This document shows positions 47,967-60,706 of a stretch of 64,000 nt of DNA, one piece after another. The notes beneath the pieces were generated by a model. It worked only from the letters and a program-made list of their open reading frames with translations, did no database searches and was not told where the DNA came from. The stretch is from Albugo candida (Eukaryota): positions 124,001-188,000 of the forward strand of contig JBDOQK010000048.1 in the NCBI GenBank assembly GCA_040437565.1, read 5' to 3'. How positions within the stretch are numbered: position 1 is the first letter of the stretch; each line of letters starts with the position of its first letter. Made by a program: the position numbers and the translations under genes.

Positions 47967-50360
47967 TGCTGAAAATTGGAAAGTTATATTAAGAGTTAAA
48001 CCACTGTTAAGAATGAATGTATATATCCCCTCATAAACTGATCGCTCCTTCCAGATAGTTCGAAGACCACTGTCTATGCAAGTTGCCCTTTTTTTAGTTG
48101 CCCTTTTCACGACATAACCGTAGTGATGCGTAATCCGATGCACTCCACTTCAACTTGCACTCTCGCGAATTCCACCTTCATTGCGTAGTTGCAGTAATTG
48201 CGGTGCACCAAGTGGCGTCGTCAGGTAATCAGCAAGCTGCACAGCTGACGAGATATGCTTGAGCTGGATCTCGCCTTGTTCAACGTGATCCCGAACAAAA
48301 TGCATCCTGAGGTCAATGTGTTTAGCTCTTGGTGTATAGCCTTGATTCGTCGCAATACGTATCGCTGACTTGTTGTTCATGTGCACTGTAGTCGCGGTCT
48401 TGCACGTGACATCCATCTCTTTGAGCAAGTAACGAATCCATATAATTTCTTGTGTAGCAAGTGCCAGTGCCATATATTCCGCTTCAGCAGATGACAAAGC
48501 TACCGAAGTTTGGCGTTTGCTTTTGTATACGACAACCGTGTCACCGAGCAAAATCAATATGCCAGATGTAGTTCGACGAGTCTTCTTGTCCTTCCCCGAT
48601 TCGCGTCACAGTACGCCCGAAGTATAATCTTGTTGTCGTCCGATTTCTTGTACGTGATTCCGTGCGAGTTTGCTCCCATAAGATAGTATAAAAAGCGTAC
48701 AGCCGCACGCCAGTGCATCTGTCGTGGCTGCTCCAACTACTGCGATAACACTGACACCACATAGCTAATATCTGGTCGCGTTGCGTTCGCAATATAAAAC
48801 AGCAAACCGACCAATTTGCGGTACGAAGTGCTGTCTTTAAGCACTGAGTGTGACTCATCAGGAGTCAAGTCCTGGCCTGTATTGATAGGATTGCGAACTG
48901 CATAGGCCCCACTTTGCTCAAACTTCGAGACCAACTTCGCATAAATTGGGACTGTTTCAACACCAACTCCCCTTTTTCTCGTGAATAGTTCACTTCCATC
49001 CCAAATAAATCGCGCAGCTCCAATTGACTTGACAGTAAAATGAACTGTTAATTCCTTGTAGATCGTGTCTACCTCAGCATCTGACTTGCTTCCAACTAAA
49101 ATGTCGTCCACATACAAGACTATGTATGTGAGTGACTTGATGTTTGCATGATTGCATCGAACAAAAATACATGTGTCTGCTCGACATTGTTCGAATCCCA
49201 TAGTAGACAACACGGAGCATATTTTCTTGTGCCAGACCGCAGCCGCTTGTTTCAACTCATATAAGCTGCGTCGTAATTTGCACACCATTCCAAGTGCAAT
49301 CTCAGCTCCAAGCGGTGGCTCCATGAAAACTTCTTCTTCCAAGTCACCATTTAGAAATGCCGTTTCCACTCAAATTGTCGGATTACGTATTGCATGCTGC
49401 AACAAACCGACAGAAACATGCGAATCGTATTTGAGCATGCAACAGGTGAATATGTGTCGAAGTAATCAAAGCCATGCGTTTGCAAATATTCGAGGGCAAA
49501 CAAACGTTCTTTGTAACGAGCGATATCACCGTTTTCATCGTACTTATGCCCAAATACCCACTTGTGACCTATGACCTTGGCACCGGAAGGACGGTAGACA
49601 ACATCCCATGTGTAGTTCTTACAATGAGCTTTAAGTTCTGCTTGAATAGCTTCTTTCCATTGTTCTTCGTTCGTTGACTGCAACGCTTCTCGAAAATTCA
49701 TCGGTACATCAGTGGCAGAAAAAAAGCGAACTTTCGTCACCGTGACGTTTGGATTCCGGCTCGACCCGTTTGCTATATACCGGCGATTCATCAGTCAGGA
49801 GTGGAAGATTTACACTATCATCGTCAAAGCCATCATTAGTGAGTAGATGAGATGATATAGAAGAACGATAAGGCCTTTAGTTAGACCCCGAGTATAACTG
49901 AAGTCAGGTATCTGGAGGGTGGAAATCTGCACAACGTACAATAGCTCGTGACGGATCAGGTATTCCTGGAAGCATGTGTGTACCATTATTGCCACTTCCA
50001 ACGACAGTTTCGCTTGGTGTACGATCTGTCATTGAATCGGTTGTGCTGATTGGTTGTATATCTGTGCGCCCCCCCCNNNNNNNNNNNNNNNNNNNNNNNN
50101 NNNNNNNNNNNNNNNNNNNNNNNNNNNNNNNNNNNNNNNNNNNNNNNNNNNNNNNNNNNNNNNNNNNNNNNNNNNNAATCCGGAAGTACTTATATTAGGT
50201 CCTTAGTTCACCTAACAGTTAATCTAAGCCTTTACAAACTACTGCATCTTATCTGCACATCCGGTATGTTGAATATCCAACACAGATAGTTCGAAGACCG
50301 CTGTCTATGCAAGTTGGCCTTTTCACGGCACATAACCGTCGTGATGCGAAATCCGCTACA
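47967..50360 (-). mobile_element. Decayed Ty1/copia LTR retrotransposon (RT-RNase H), with related LTR pieces at 48052-48142 and 50283-50360
   Basis: Frameshifted ORFs with WKEAIQAEL, KWVF, TAFLNGDL, LYVDD, TRPDISY, SSAEAEY, KHID and QLADYLT. A purine tract (GAAGTGGAG) precedes TG at 48142. gag and integrase are not visible, and the left LTR end is tentative. Confidence 0.88.
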
Positions 50361-53300
50361 GGCTTATGGTCATAGAGGACCGTATGTCGCTGATAGCATA
50401 GTCAAACACTCTCGATGTCATAGGAAGATAGGCGGACATGTCTTCGATCTTTTATGGAGTAATCGGCAGGAATCAAGATGGCATTAGGTCAGATTTTCAT
50501 ATACAGCACGGAGATTTCGAGTGCTCGGGAAGGTTTGGGTACATATATTCTGTCATTGAAAGTGCTTTTTCTTACCGACGGTGTACGTTGTCACACAATT
50601 GTGACTACAATTAGCAATGCATGGAGAAACTAAATCGTTTGAAGCAAAATGAGACATCCTTGCAATCCACTGCGTTACACAAGCGGAAATGAATCAGCAT
50701 AAGATGACGATTAAGTATGTGATAATTGTAATACCCCGCTGCTGCTAACGGGCAAGAGCTAGAATCCCACAATTACCTGATAAATGGCTTGCGAAAATTG
50801 CTGCCACTTTATTTAATTTCCAAAGTTAGCTCTCACATTATACGTTGTAGTGTGCTCGGTATTTCGGAATATGATCCTTCAGCGGGTGATACACGTCAAT
50901 CAAATTCTCTTCTTGCATGCCATTTTTACTTCAAATTCTTGCGACGAATTCAAGCTTAACATCACTTTAAGATGAGAATCTGCTTCTTCTATCGAGCATC
51001 ATACCTATTTTTCTTTCCATAATAGCGAGTCTCATAAACCATCTCGCGATGCAAAGACAATTTGTGTGCGTATTTCTTTTTTTGAAAAGTCTAACCGGAG
51101 CAAGACATTTGCTAAAGCAAACCTTATTGAGGTGCGAGAGAGCGTACAAAGAGTAATGGAAATGTTCTAAAGGTGCCTCTTTGAGTCGCTAACATTCATG
51201 AATCGACATATTTCAGTTCAATGGTGTCAAGAAAAGCTCACAACGGTGCCGGAATCTGAAGAAAATGTTGCTGCTCCCTCTTCTTCACATTGTGAGGTCC
51301 TATCAATCGGATAGTCCGACAATCATAGATCCTATCCGGAACTGACAGATTTGGTACGACCTTAGATATATGCTGAGGAAAGTTTTATTTTTATGCTTTG
51401 AAGGCTTCGAAAGCTACGTATGCCACTGGTTTCAATGTAAATGTGCTATAACTACATAACTACATAACTACAATATGAACACAGTAGAGACGAAGGTCTT
51501 CAACTGGTGTCTACGAAATGAGCTGCTCAGAAAAATACGAGCTCCTTTAAACTTTCTTAAGGCTATGAATGACTTCTGAGTGTCTTTGGGGCCCACTTGA
51601 TGTATAGTACGATCACAATAGCTATCGGACTTTCCGGGTTGAAGCTTCAGCTAATGTCTCGTGGCAGAGGTAGTAATGACGATACAGCATGATGCTCATG
51701 ATAGGATAAGGTAGTTAGACTCAACCAAGAACTAGAAGTGTAATAAATCTTGCCTCTTCTCACAGCATACTTTCCTTGTCTCAAGGAATGTACGGGTTAC
51801 TTAGACCAACAATTATAAACAATTACGCATGTTGTCACCACTATCGAAAGAAATAGAGATGTTGGATTTCTACCTTCGCTTTCTAGCATTATAACCTCTA
51901 TATTCTGTTATATTCTCTCATTTGGATACTGTATCATGCAGATTTGTTGTGTCATGAATCCATCATTTATTGTGGATGGAGGAAGCTCATTATATCACTG
52001 TATCAGCCTACGATCAATTAGTTTCAACTTTCTGCCAAACAAAATAAAGCTGGAACAAATTCTAGATGACGCAGCGTAGCCAATCTATAACTTCTAAAGA
52101 AATAGATGCTACTGAACTTGCGGCTGCTGATTTGACTCTATGATTTTGGTGTGCATATCTGAGAACACAAAATTATTAGAAGCTTCTTGCCATCACTTTG
52201 CAATGCATAGTAATCACTAGATGCTACCATGACACGGGTACAGTAATAAAAACCATTGCGTTGTCGAGAAGACCATTGATCACTTGTCAGCTTCTCTATA
52301 AGATCGAAACAATTTAATATCGTATAAGTATATGTGGCTTGCTATTGTGGCCACCAGTTTTATAAAACTATACATTGCGGCTTTAGTTGCGCTATTACAG
52401 GTATCTGCTGATTGCTTTCACTTGTTTGGAGAGTTTGCGCAGCAAACAACGGATTAAAATGCTATGTTTTCTTGACCCTACAAATTCCAATAGCAAAATC
52501 ATCGCAGCATTTGACTTCCATACATTTATTTTCAGTTTACGATTCACCAGTGGTGCTACCGATGAGCTCTCGCTTATAGGCAGATGACGAAGAAACTTTA
52601 TTCACATCATTTTTGAAATACTGTTTGCTTATTCGTAGCGATCTTACGCCCCATGGCACACGATGTCGTACATGGCAATGCAGCAATTATCAGGACGCGT
52701 TCCAACTTGTACTTATCGTCACAGCGGTGAGAATGCCATTATTGTGTTCATGTCAGCAGCTGACCATAGATCACTTCCTCCGAAGCGTAAACAAGCTACT
52801 CGCCGTCCCTCACAATCACAACGAATCGCTCTTATCCTCTGTTATTGACCCCATTTTCCAATTCATCATCAACCGAGGCCTTCATTCATAGCCACAGAGA
52901 CAGCGCTCCGTGGTACGTCCAACCACATCCAACGCGTACTAGTGTCTTCACGTTTGGGACAAGATGCGTATCAGCAACAAAATCATGTTATATTTGTATT
53001 AATTACGCCGTTTACAGCCGTGCATGCATTACTTTGCTTGCGCGTTTTGCACAAAATTGATATTGTAAGAGCCCNNNNNNNNNNNNNNNNNNNNNNNNNN
53101 NNNNNNNNNNNNNNNNNNNNNNNNNNNNNNNNNNNNNNNNNNNNNNNNNNNNNNNNNNNNNNNNNNNNNNNNNNAATCACAACGAATCGCTCTTATCCTC
53201 TGTTATTGACCCCATTTTCCAATTCATCATCAACCGAGGCCTTCATTCATAGCCACAGAGACAGCGCTCCGTGGTACGTCCAACCACATCCAACGCGTAC

Positions 53301-53389
53301 TAGTGTCTTCACGTTTGGGACAAGATGCGTATCAGCAACAAAATCATGTTATACTTGTATTAATTACGACGTTTACAGCCGTGCATGCA

Positions 53390-54454
53390 TTACTTTGCTT
53401 GCGCGTTTTGCACAAAATTGATATTGTAAGAGCCCGTATTGGGATCTTGGACCATCTTGAAGTTATCTGTACTCAGCCCGAATTTGCCAAGGAGTGTGTT
53501 TCCGAACCCCTTCAACTTATCCATCATCTCGGCTTTCATTTTTTCAGTCCGCTCATCAACAATCTTTTTCAGACGCGTATGCGAAGAACGTGCGACTGAA
53601 AGCGAGCTATCGATCTTCAAGACTTCATCGTAATCTGGAACACTGTCGGTGAGCTTTATAATATACTATGATATAAGCGCACGCACCTCGTAATGCTTCT
53701 TCAAGCTTATCCAATTTTTCGTATGCTTCTGCGCGTCGCATAAGCGCCTAAAAAGAACGCGAGTACTCTTAATGACGATACGCAGTTGGAAGGCTTAAAG
53801 TAGCACGCACTTTGATGTATTTTGGAGATAATGCGATAGCTTGCGTGCAGTCATCAATGGTTTCTTCTACTCGATCCTAGAGATCAAATACCATCTGTTA
53901 CACAATCCATCTTCCAACAGAAGCAATAATGTACCAGCCGCATCAGACATGCCGCTCGATTGCTAAAGTAGATCGCCTGAAGCAAATATGAGTTCGAATG
54001 AACTAAATAAGGTGTGACACGTTACCTTATCGTTGGCGTGTTCCTCGCCTATGGGACTAAATCGGAGTGCAATGGTGTAACATTCAATCGCATCGAGTGA
54101 CCGACCGAGTCCAAAGAACCTAAACATGCCGTACTTAGGGAGAGCTGCGTGCACGCTTTGTAAAAGTTTTCTTTACTTATTGCCGAGATTCTTCGCCTTT
54201 GATGCTTTCTCGGCATCTTTGGTGCAATCAATTAGTGGAGGTTGCGATTCTGGCTCGGTAGATTCAGCATCTGGCCGACACTCAGATGACTCTGCATTAC
54301 ATTCAACAACCAGTTGTTTGAATTGCGCGTCTAAGGATTGTAGGTCATCTTCTTCTTTAGTGATCGTATCATTTGTTATTATGTCATTTTCGCGTTTTGG
54401 ATAGTGCGTCTCCTCTTCTAACACTTCAAAGCGTGAGCTGTCGTCAGTCGGCAT
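53390..54454 (-). CDS. TTC1: Tetratricopeptide repeat protein 1, multi-exon
   Basis: TPR exons (KNLGNK/FF, AIYFSNRAACL). C-terminus EMMDKLKGFGNTLLGKFGLSTDNFKMVQDPNTGSYNINF is diagnostic of TTC1. Confidence 0.92.
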
Positions 54455-55068
54455 GGAAGTCGAGTTCTTGATAATTGATAAATGGGTCGGGTTCGCTGAA
54501 CGGGTCGAAACTTTTTACAGAATTGTGACGTTCCCACAGCCTAAAGTCCGCTATGTACGCTGAATCCCTTATTTAGCGTGTATCTTATTAACAAAAATTG
54601 CTATCTACAGTCGAAGGAGGGATAAAACGTTTCACTCATAATTTGCATGCTTTTGATTCAGATCAATCAACTCAGGCGAAAGACAATTGCTGCGCACAGT
54701 ACATTTCTGATTCAAAGCTATCTCAGTGGGCATTAGCGGAACGGTAATTGATATGGCTCAAATAGCATTATAAACATTTCCATCTGATACATGATACATA
54801 CACTGTTAATTTTATAAACAATCATGAGCTTATGCGTTAACCACGACTGCACAAATTCTTTCTACGTTTTATTGAATGAATAGCCGATAAATCACAGCTC
54901 CTAGCTATTGATAACGTGACGCCAGTGGTGATAAGTGTTAGATCACTAAGAAAGGACTGAGTTAACTTCTGCTTGCGATTGCGCGAGTGCACTGCACACA
55001 AATTGTGTTCAGATCCAAGTATACTATACAGTAGACCCGCCCCCGTCCTCCCTCGAATTAGTGTCATT

Positions 55069-56142
55069 ATGCGCAATAAGAGCCCCTATCGAAAGCCACA
55101 AACTAGCGACTTTGGTGGCTTCAAAACACTTCGTCTGAGACGCGCTCTACCGCTTATAGTCATCCTATTATCTGCATTTACCCTTCTTCAGTATATGAGG
55201 CAAGAAACTGCGAATAGAACCCCACAATTGAGAGCTCATGATCGCCAACCCGGAATACCTATTAAAATAATGACCTTCAATCTTCGATTCGCAAGCGTCG
55301 AAGACGGTCCTCGGAACTGGACGTATCGTAAAAATCATGTGATCGATATCATCAACCGCTACCATCCAACGATTATGGGGACTCAAGAAGGACTCAAAGA
55401 TCAGCTTGCTGACATTGATGTACGCTACTTGCATGCTTTTCTTGCCTCGTACGCTTTTTCAATCCTAACGACTCTCATATATGATATTTAGTCAAATCTA
55501 ATGCACCCGTATAAACGATTCGGAGTCGAACGCGAGCTTAATGGCGAACACGAGGAAATCTTTTACGATACAAATATCGTGGAATTTCTCAATGGAGGCA
55601 ATTTCTGGCTATCAGAGACACCCGACGCCTTCGGTACGAAAGGCTGGGACGCTGCTTGTGTCCGCTTAGTCACATGGTGCAAATTTCGTCTCATCAAAAC
55701 ACAGCAATCCTTCCATGTGTTCAATACTCAATTTGACCATGTCGGGCCTACCTCTCGTCACAAATCAGCTCGTTTGCTATGGGACCGAATCAAAAGCATT
55801 GCTGGGACCGAATCAATCGTATTTGTGCTTGGGGACTTTAACACATACCGATACGACCCAATGTACAAATACCTCACACAAGACGAAGCGGGTCCAGAGT
55901 TCCAGGACGCTTGGACGAATGCAGCATCCAAAATCGGCGATGTGTCTTGCACGTATCATGCGTGGGAAGGTATGAAATATAAGCTGGAAGAAGGTGTTGT
56001 GGGAGCAAATCATATCGACTGGATATTTTCCCGTCCTAATTTGAAAGTTTTGGAGACGAGAGTCATCACGGAAGAGCGATACGGATCATACCCATCGGAC
56101 CATTATCCCGTGCAAACAGAAATCCTGTTACCAGTCAAGTAG
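55069..56142 (+). CDS. Endonuclease/exonuclease/phosphatase (EEP) family protein with N-terminal TM anchor, one intron
   Basis: MTFNLR, GTQEG, FWLSETP, GDFN, IDWIF and SDHYPV motifs. Hydrophobic ALPLIVILLSAFTLL near the N-terminus. Intron at about 55420-55491. Confidence 0.9.
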
Positions 56143-56174
56143 AGGGAAACTGAAATGTTTTAGCGCTGTATGTA

Positions 56175-57547
56175 TTACAAAAAACATTCTTTTGGCTGAC
56201 CCTCGCCGTGATGTATGGAAAACGAATCCAGCGCTACGCTTTCGTACCCCCGTGTAAAATCTCCGAGAATAAGCCATGAGCTCACATCTGATAAGACTTT
56301 GACAAAATCACACGATGTGGGCGGTGCCCAATCCAAAAGTATATTGTTCGGGTCTTTCAGCCATCCGCCTGATTCCTCCAATGGAATGGAAAATTGTGTC
56401 GGTGTGCCGTCGTAAGAAAACGTTTTGCTGAGAGGAAGTGCTAAAGTGATTCCTTTGTTCCGATCACACGATTTACATTCAATTCTCACTAGAAATCCTG
56501 TTCCCTGTTTGTTCAAATTCGCTCGATGGAAGGTGCCTTCTGCGGATGAAAGAACGAAAGAAAGCTTCCCACCATATGCCGCCCACATATTTCCTAAAAA
56601 CTTTTCGGGCGCTGAAAAATGCCAAAGCATCGAGTCATCGCCAGTTTCTGTNNNNNNNNNNNNNNNNNNNNNNNNNNNNNNNNNNNNNNNNNNNNNNNNN
56701 NNNNNNNNNNNNNNNNNNNNNNNNNNNNNNNNNNNNNNNNNNNNNNNNNNNCCTAAAAACTTTTCGGGCGCTGAAAAATGCCAAAGCATCGAGTCATCGC
56801 CAGTTTCTGTGGGATGAATCACAGCATCGACTGCGTAAATGTAATAGCTCAAAAGACCATCGCTCCGCGTGATTTCCTGGTATGAAGGTACAAATTCATC
56901 TCCGTTGTCAATAACCCGCCAATTCTCCACATTTTGATCGAAATTGCTGGTCATAAGCGCTTGACTGGTGGTAATGGTAACGATTCCTTCCTTTACGTCC
57001 ACACTGTCCGACATTGAGAATCGGAATTCCGCATACTATTGTGGTAAAAATGTCAGCTCCTTCCATAGGAAACGTATCGGACGCACTCGAGAGTGTCTAG
57101 GCTCTAGCCCGAAAAGAGGACGAACAAAGACAAGTCGATTTCCAGACCCACTCACTTTGGTGGGCGTTTTCGTAATGGGCACTTGAGTTCGTTTTGGCTC
57201 ATATCTGACGAAAACAGCTTTTCAGCAGCATACAACGACTTTGAAACGCGTACCCGTGCGTCTCATAAATCTTTGAAAGTTGATACAATTGTCCATTTTC
57301 AGGCAAAGAAATAATCGTCGCTGTCAGCTAACACTCTGTCAAGTGAATGAAATCCTATCAAAGCACATACGCGCATTTCCTCGCTCCATCCAAGCAATTC
57401 GATTACTTTCTCCTCACCGGGATCCACGTGATACACGAGATTTTGCGCTATCAGTCTACAAAGACGTCATTTGAAGTCTCTACTTGAGTAACTGTACCTC
57501 GAGCCACGAGATACTTGAGATAGGAGCAGCCATCGCATAAGACGCAT
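56175..57547 (-). CDS. Probably secreted protein with an Ig-like/cadherin-like repeat plus a laminin-B (domain IV)-like domain, multi-exon
   Basis: WHFSAPEKFLGNMWAAYGGKLSF resembles laminin IV. Upstream exons LIAQNLVYHVDPGEEKVIELLGW.../LTATIISLPENGQL resemble tandem-95/Big_9 repeats. The start codon is inferred. Confidence 0.65.
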
Positions 57548-57835
57548 CTTTCCGACTAATTATAGCTTTCCATTGCATTATAGAATTATAAAGCTACGAT
57601 TTTACATCGCCACATGGAAAGATGCTCTAAGGTAAAAACCGCACATAGCGTTGTGTCATTAAATGAAGTATAGTATTTCTGACTGCAAAACACCTTATCG
57701 TGACATCGATCGACCGCACTTTTACTGCGGCAACATCCTGTAACACGGTCACATTACCATCGAGCTGACTACGCTTCAACTCCTTTACACTTTTGGAAGC
57801 TTTGGGATGCGGACTTTAGTATCAATTCTTCCTCC

Positions 57836-58705
57836 ATGACACAAACAGACACTCCATTTCTCAAAGGGTACTGTTTCGAGCGCCATTTAGCGGAAGCGCT
57901 TTTCGGACATGTGCAGTTGTATAAACATACAATTTCGAATCAAATGGTGGCGGTGAAGAAAGTATCGCTATCGTGCGCTGAGCGTGGTGTTACTCTGAAA
58001 TGTGGCAAGAAAATTGCTGAAAATGTTGTTTTCGAGCTCGGCATGCATCGATTCTTGCAAACACAACCACGAAACCAAATCGGCAAGTCTTTTGTGCTTG
58101 AAATGCTCGGGGAAATGGAGATGGATAACTATTTATATATGATTTTTGAATATTGCGAACAAGGGGAGCTTTTCGATCTTGTGCGTACAAGCAAACAGGG
58201 AAGACTGGAAATCGATCAAGTAAAAATTTGGTTTCGACAAATTGTTTTGGGTGTGCAATTTTTACATTCCTGCGGGTATGCTCATCGAGACTTATCGCTG
58301 GAAAACGTATTGGTCACTAGTGAAGGCGTTTGTAAGATTTGCGATTTCGGATTGGCGACGTATGCCGATGCCAATTGCAATCAGACGGTCGGAAAGAAGG
58401 TCTATATGGCGCCTGAAGTGGCTCAAGCTCAACATTATGATCCAGTCAAAGTCGATATTTGGTCTTTGGGCATCATGTTATTCACCATGCTGGCAGGCTC
58501 GCCTCCTTTTGATGTCGCCGATGCATCCGATCCTCGCTTTCAGGTTATTGTGGTTCATGGAGTTGGAATGCTTTTGCAAGTTTGGAAAATGAGTGATCAG
58601 ATTCCTAGTTTGGCTGTTGATTTACTGGATCAGCTGTTATGTGTATACGCAAGTGATAGGATCTCTGTCGAGAAAATGCTTCAGCATCCATTTTTAATCG
58701 CTTAA
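57836..58705 (+). CDS. CAMK-like Ser/Thr protein kinase, 289 aa, intronless
   Basis: VAVKK, HRDLSLENVL, DFGLA, YMAPE and DIWSLG motifs. Confidence 0.92.
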   Translation: MTQTDTPFLKGYCFERHLAEALFGHVQLYKHTISNQMVAVKKVSLSCAERGVTLKCGKKIAENVVFELGMHRFLQTQPRNQIGKSFVLEMLGEMEMDNYLYMIFEYCEQGELFDLVRTSKQGRLEIDQVKIWFRQIVLGVQFLHSCGYAHRDLSLENVLVTSEGVCKICDFGLATYADANCNQTVGKKVYMAPEVAQAQHYDPVKVDIWSLGIMLFTMLAGSPPFDVADASDPRFQVIVVHGVGMLLQVWKMSDQIPSLAVDLLDQLLCVYASDRISVEKMLQHPFLIA

Positions 58706-59308
58706 GTCGGTGTATTTGTCTACTATGATATGAATATTTATATTTATAATTATATGATATACATACGATTTGTGTTCGTCAAGTAGTCCCTTCACATCAT
58801 TAATTTGCTTGCATTTAACAATGTAATCCATGGTGTGGTTTGGAAGACAGCTATGCTATAAATATATCATTAGACTTGTGTTATTTTCCCGACCGCCTTT
58901 GATTGAGATCGCTTCAGAAGCATTTTGACACTCCTTGGCAAATGAACCTGATGATTGTCTTGCTAGATAATAGCATGCCCACACACAAGCTCTCTTTTTG
59001 CGGATGCGTTTACTTGCCTCTTCAGATAACTAGTCATGCAATTTGTAAATGGATTGGCTTGTAATGCGGCCAGCACTACTTTTGCAATCTTTTTATCACT
59101 GGTTTTGGCTAACTAACATCAGTTCATTAAGCAACCACACGACGTGGGTCGGTATTGTTCCTGATTGGTAGAAAAACAGAAGGTGTCAAGTCACAACTCA
59201 TTCTTGAATTGACAACAATCCATCCAATCCCATTAGCGAACCAACCAGTTTTAGCCAATCCCATTCCATCGCTTTGTGCCAGCCAAATTGACTGCCGATA
59301 CTCGGAAT

Positions 59309-60702
59309 ATGACATATGCCGACGCGTACGCAGAGGAACAAGCAATGAGACACGAAATGGAAGAAGAACAAACCAGTGCATCCATATCCATAAACCATAG
59401 GCAAAAGAGCGACTATAAATCCACAGAAAATTCGCCGCTTTTCGAATTTGAGTATCTCCCAAATGGGAAAATCCTTCCAAATGTGTCCGCCAAATACCAA
59501 ATTCTGCACACTGCCTCCGAATCCCTTTCGAAATCGTCTCCACCGGATCGAAATAATCAAATGCTGACCAAAGAGCCTGTTAGATCTATCCAACTGAAGT
59601 CCAAGATAGCTGAAATTGATCCGATTTTGGTCCAGCGCTCGTCGCCGTCTGGAAATCCGACAATTCAACAGAATCCAAAAAAATCGACGAAAAAAAATCA
59701 AATTGACGCGACGTTGTCAATTCCCAATGATAAATGCGAAGAAAAAGTCAGCAAAACCGAAGAAGAGTCGAATTTCGCATCGAAAGAAAAGTCGGAAACT
59801 CGTCAGCTATTTGAAGAAATGTATCAGTTGCGTCAAGAGTGGAGTGAGGAACGACGCTTATGGCGAGAGCAATTCGACCGAGTTTCAGCGAACACAGAGA
59901 GAGTCATAACGAGCGAATCCCCATCATTTGACCGCAGTTTCTCAGTTGGGAGTATTTCTGACTGCGAAAGCAAGAATCGTTCGCTGACTGAGGTTGCACT
60001 CAAAAACAAACATGACAGTCGCGAGTCCGACTTTGAAATTCTGCTTCAATTTGTGCGCGGTGCAATACAGTGGAAAGTTTCGGCCCAACAAGCTTTCCGG
60101 GCTCTGATGATTCCTAAAAGGGAAGATTCTGCTCCCAAAGAGTTTATTGAAACGTTGGAGAAGCATTGGCTCGACTTTCCAACGTTGAAAGGCTTATCGT
60201 CCGAGCAGATGAAATTGGTGGAGGCCACCGACGGATCTCACTTGATTTCGCACTTGGCTCAACGCCTAGAAGAATCTTGTGCCGAGAAGCAAAAACTCCA
60301 GGACGCGTATGACGCGCTTGAAAGGAAGCTTATCGCTGAATCCAACTCTCAAAAAGAACGAACTCACGAGATCATCCCTCCCATTTTGGTGTGTCAGAGC
60401 ACAAACACGAATGGATCCCCNNNNNNNNNNNNNNNNNNNNNNNNNNNNNNNNNNNNNNNNNNNNNNNNNNNNNNNNNNNNNNNNNNNNNNNNNNNNNNNN
60501 NNNNNNNNNNNNNNNNNNNNACACAATCCCAAAAAAGTGTCCAAACACCAAAGTAGCAAGGCGGCCACCGCAAGATGAAAGCCCGAGACAAGCGTGGTTG
60601 TGTACGCAATGCAAACACCGAAAAAATCAGCGGCAAGTTGGCACGAAGCCTTGTGTAAGAAAAACCTCGCTCAAGGGGCGAACACAACCTTGGATTGCAT
60701 GA
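59309..60702 (+). CDS. Hypothetical low-complexity/coiled-coil protein interrupted by a gap
   Basis: ORF of ~370 codons from ATG 59309 to the gap, with E/Q/K/R-rich heptads. The frame after the gap is uncertain (stop at 60556 or 60702). Confidence 0.6.
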
Positions 60703-60706
60703 CAGG

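Noticed and set aside
51448-51472. Short TAACTACA tandem repeat
   Set aside because: It is a trivial three-unit microsatellite with no spacers, so not CRISPR-like.
52560-52940. Possible structured ncRNA (RNase MRP or snoRNA-like words) downstream of TTC1
   Set aside because: No matching P4 helix partner or complete box set was found.
58900-58990. TPP-riboswitch-like words (TGAGA...GAACCTGAT...ATAAT)
   Set aside because: Spacing and pairing do not fit the aptamer, and no thiamine-related gene is adjacent.
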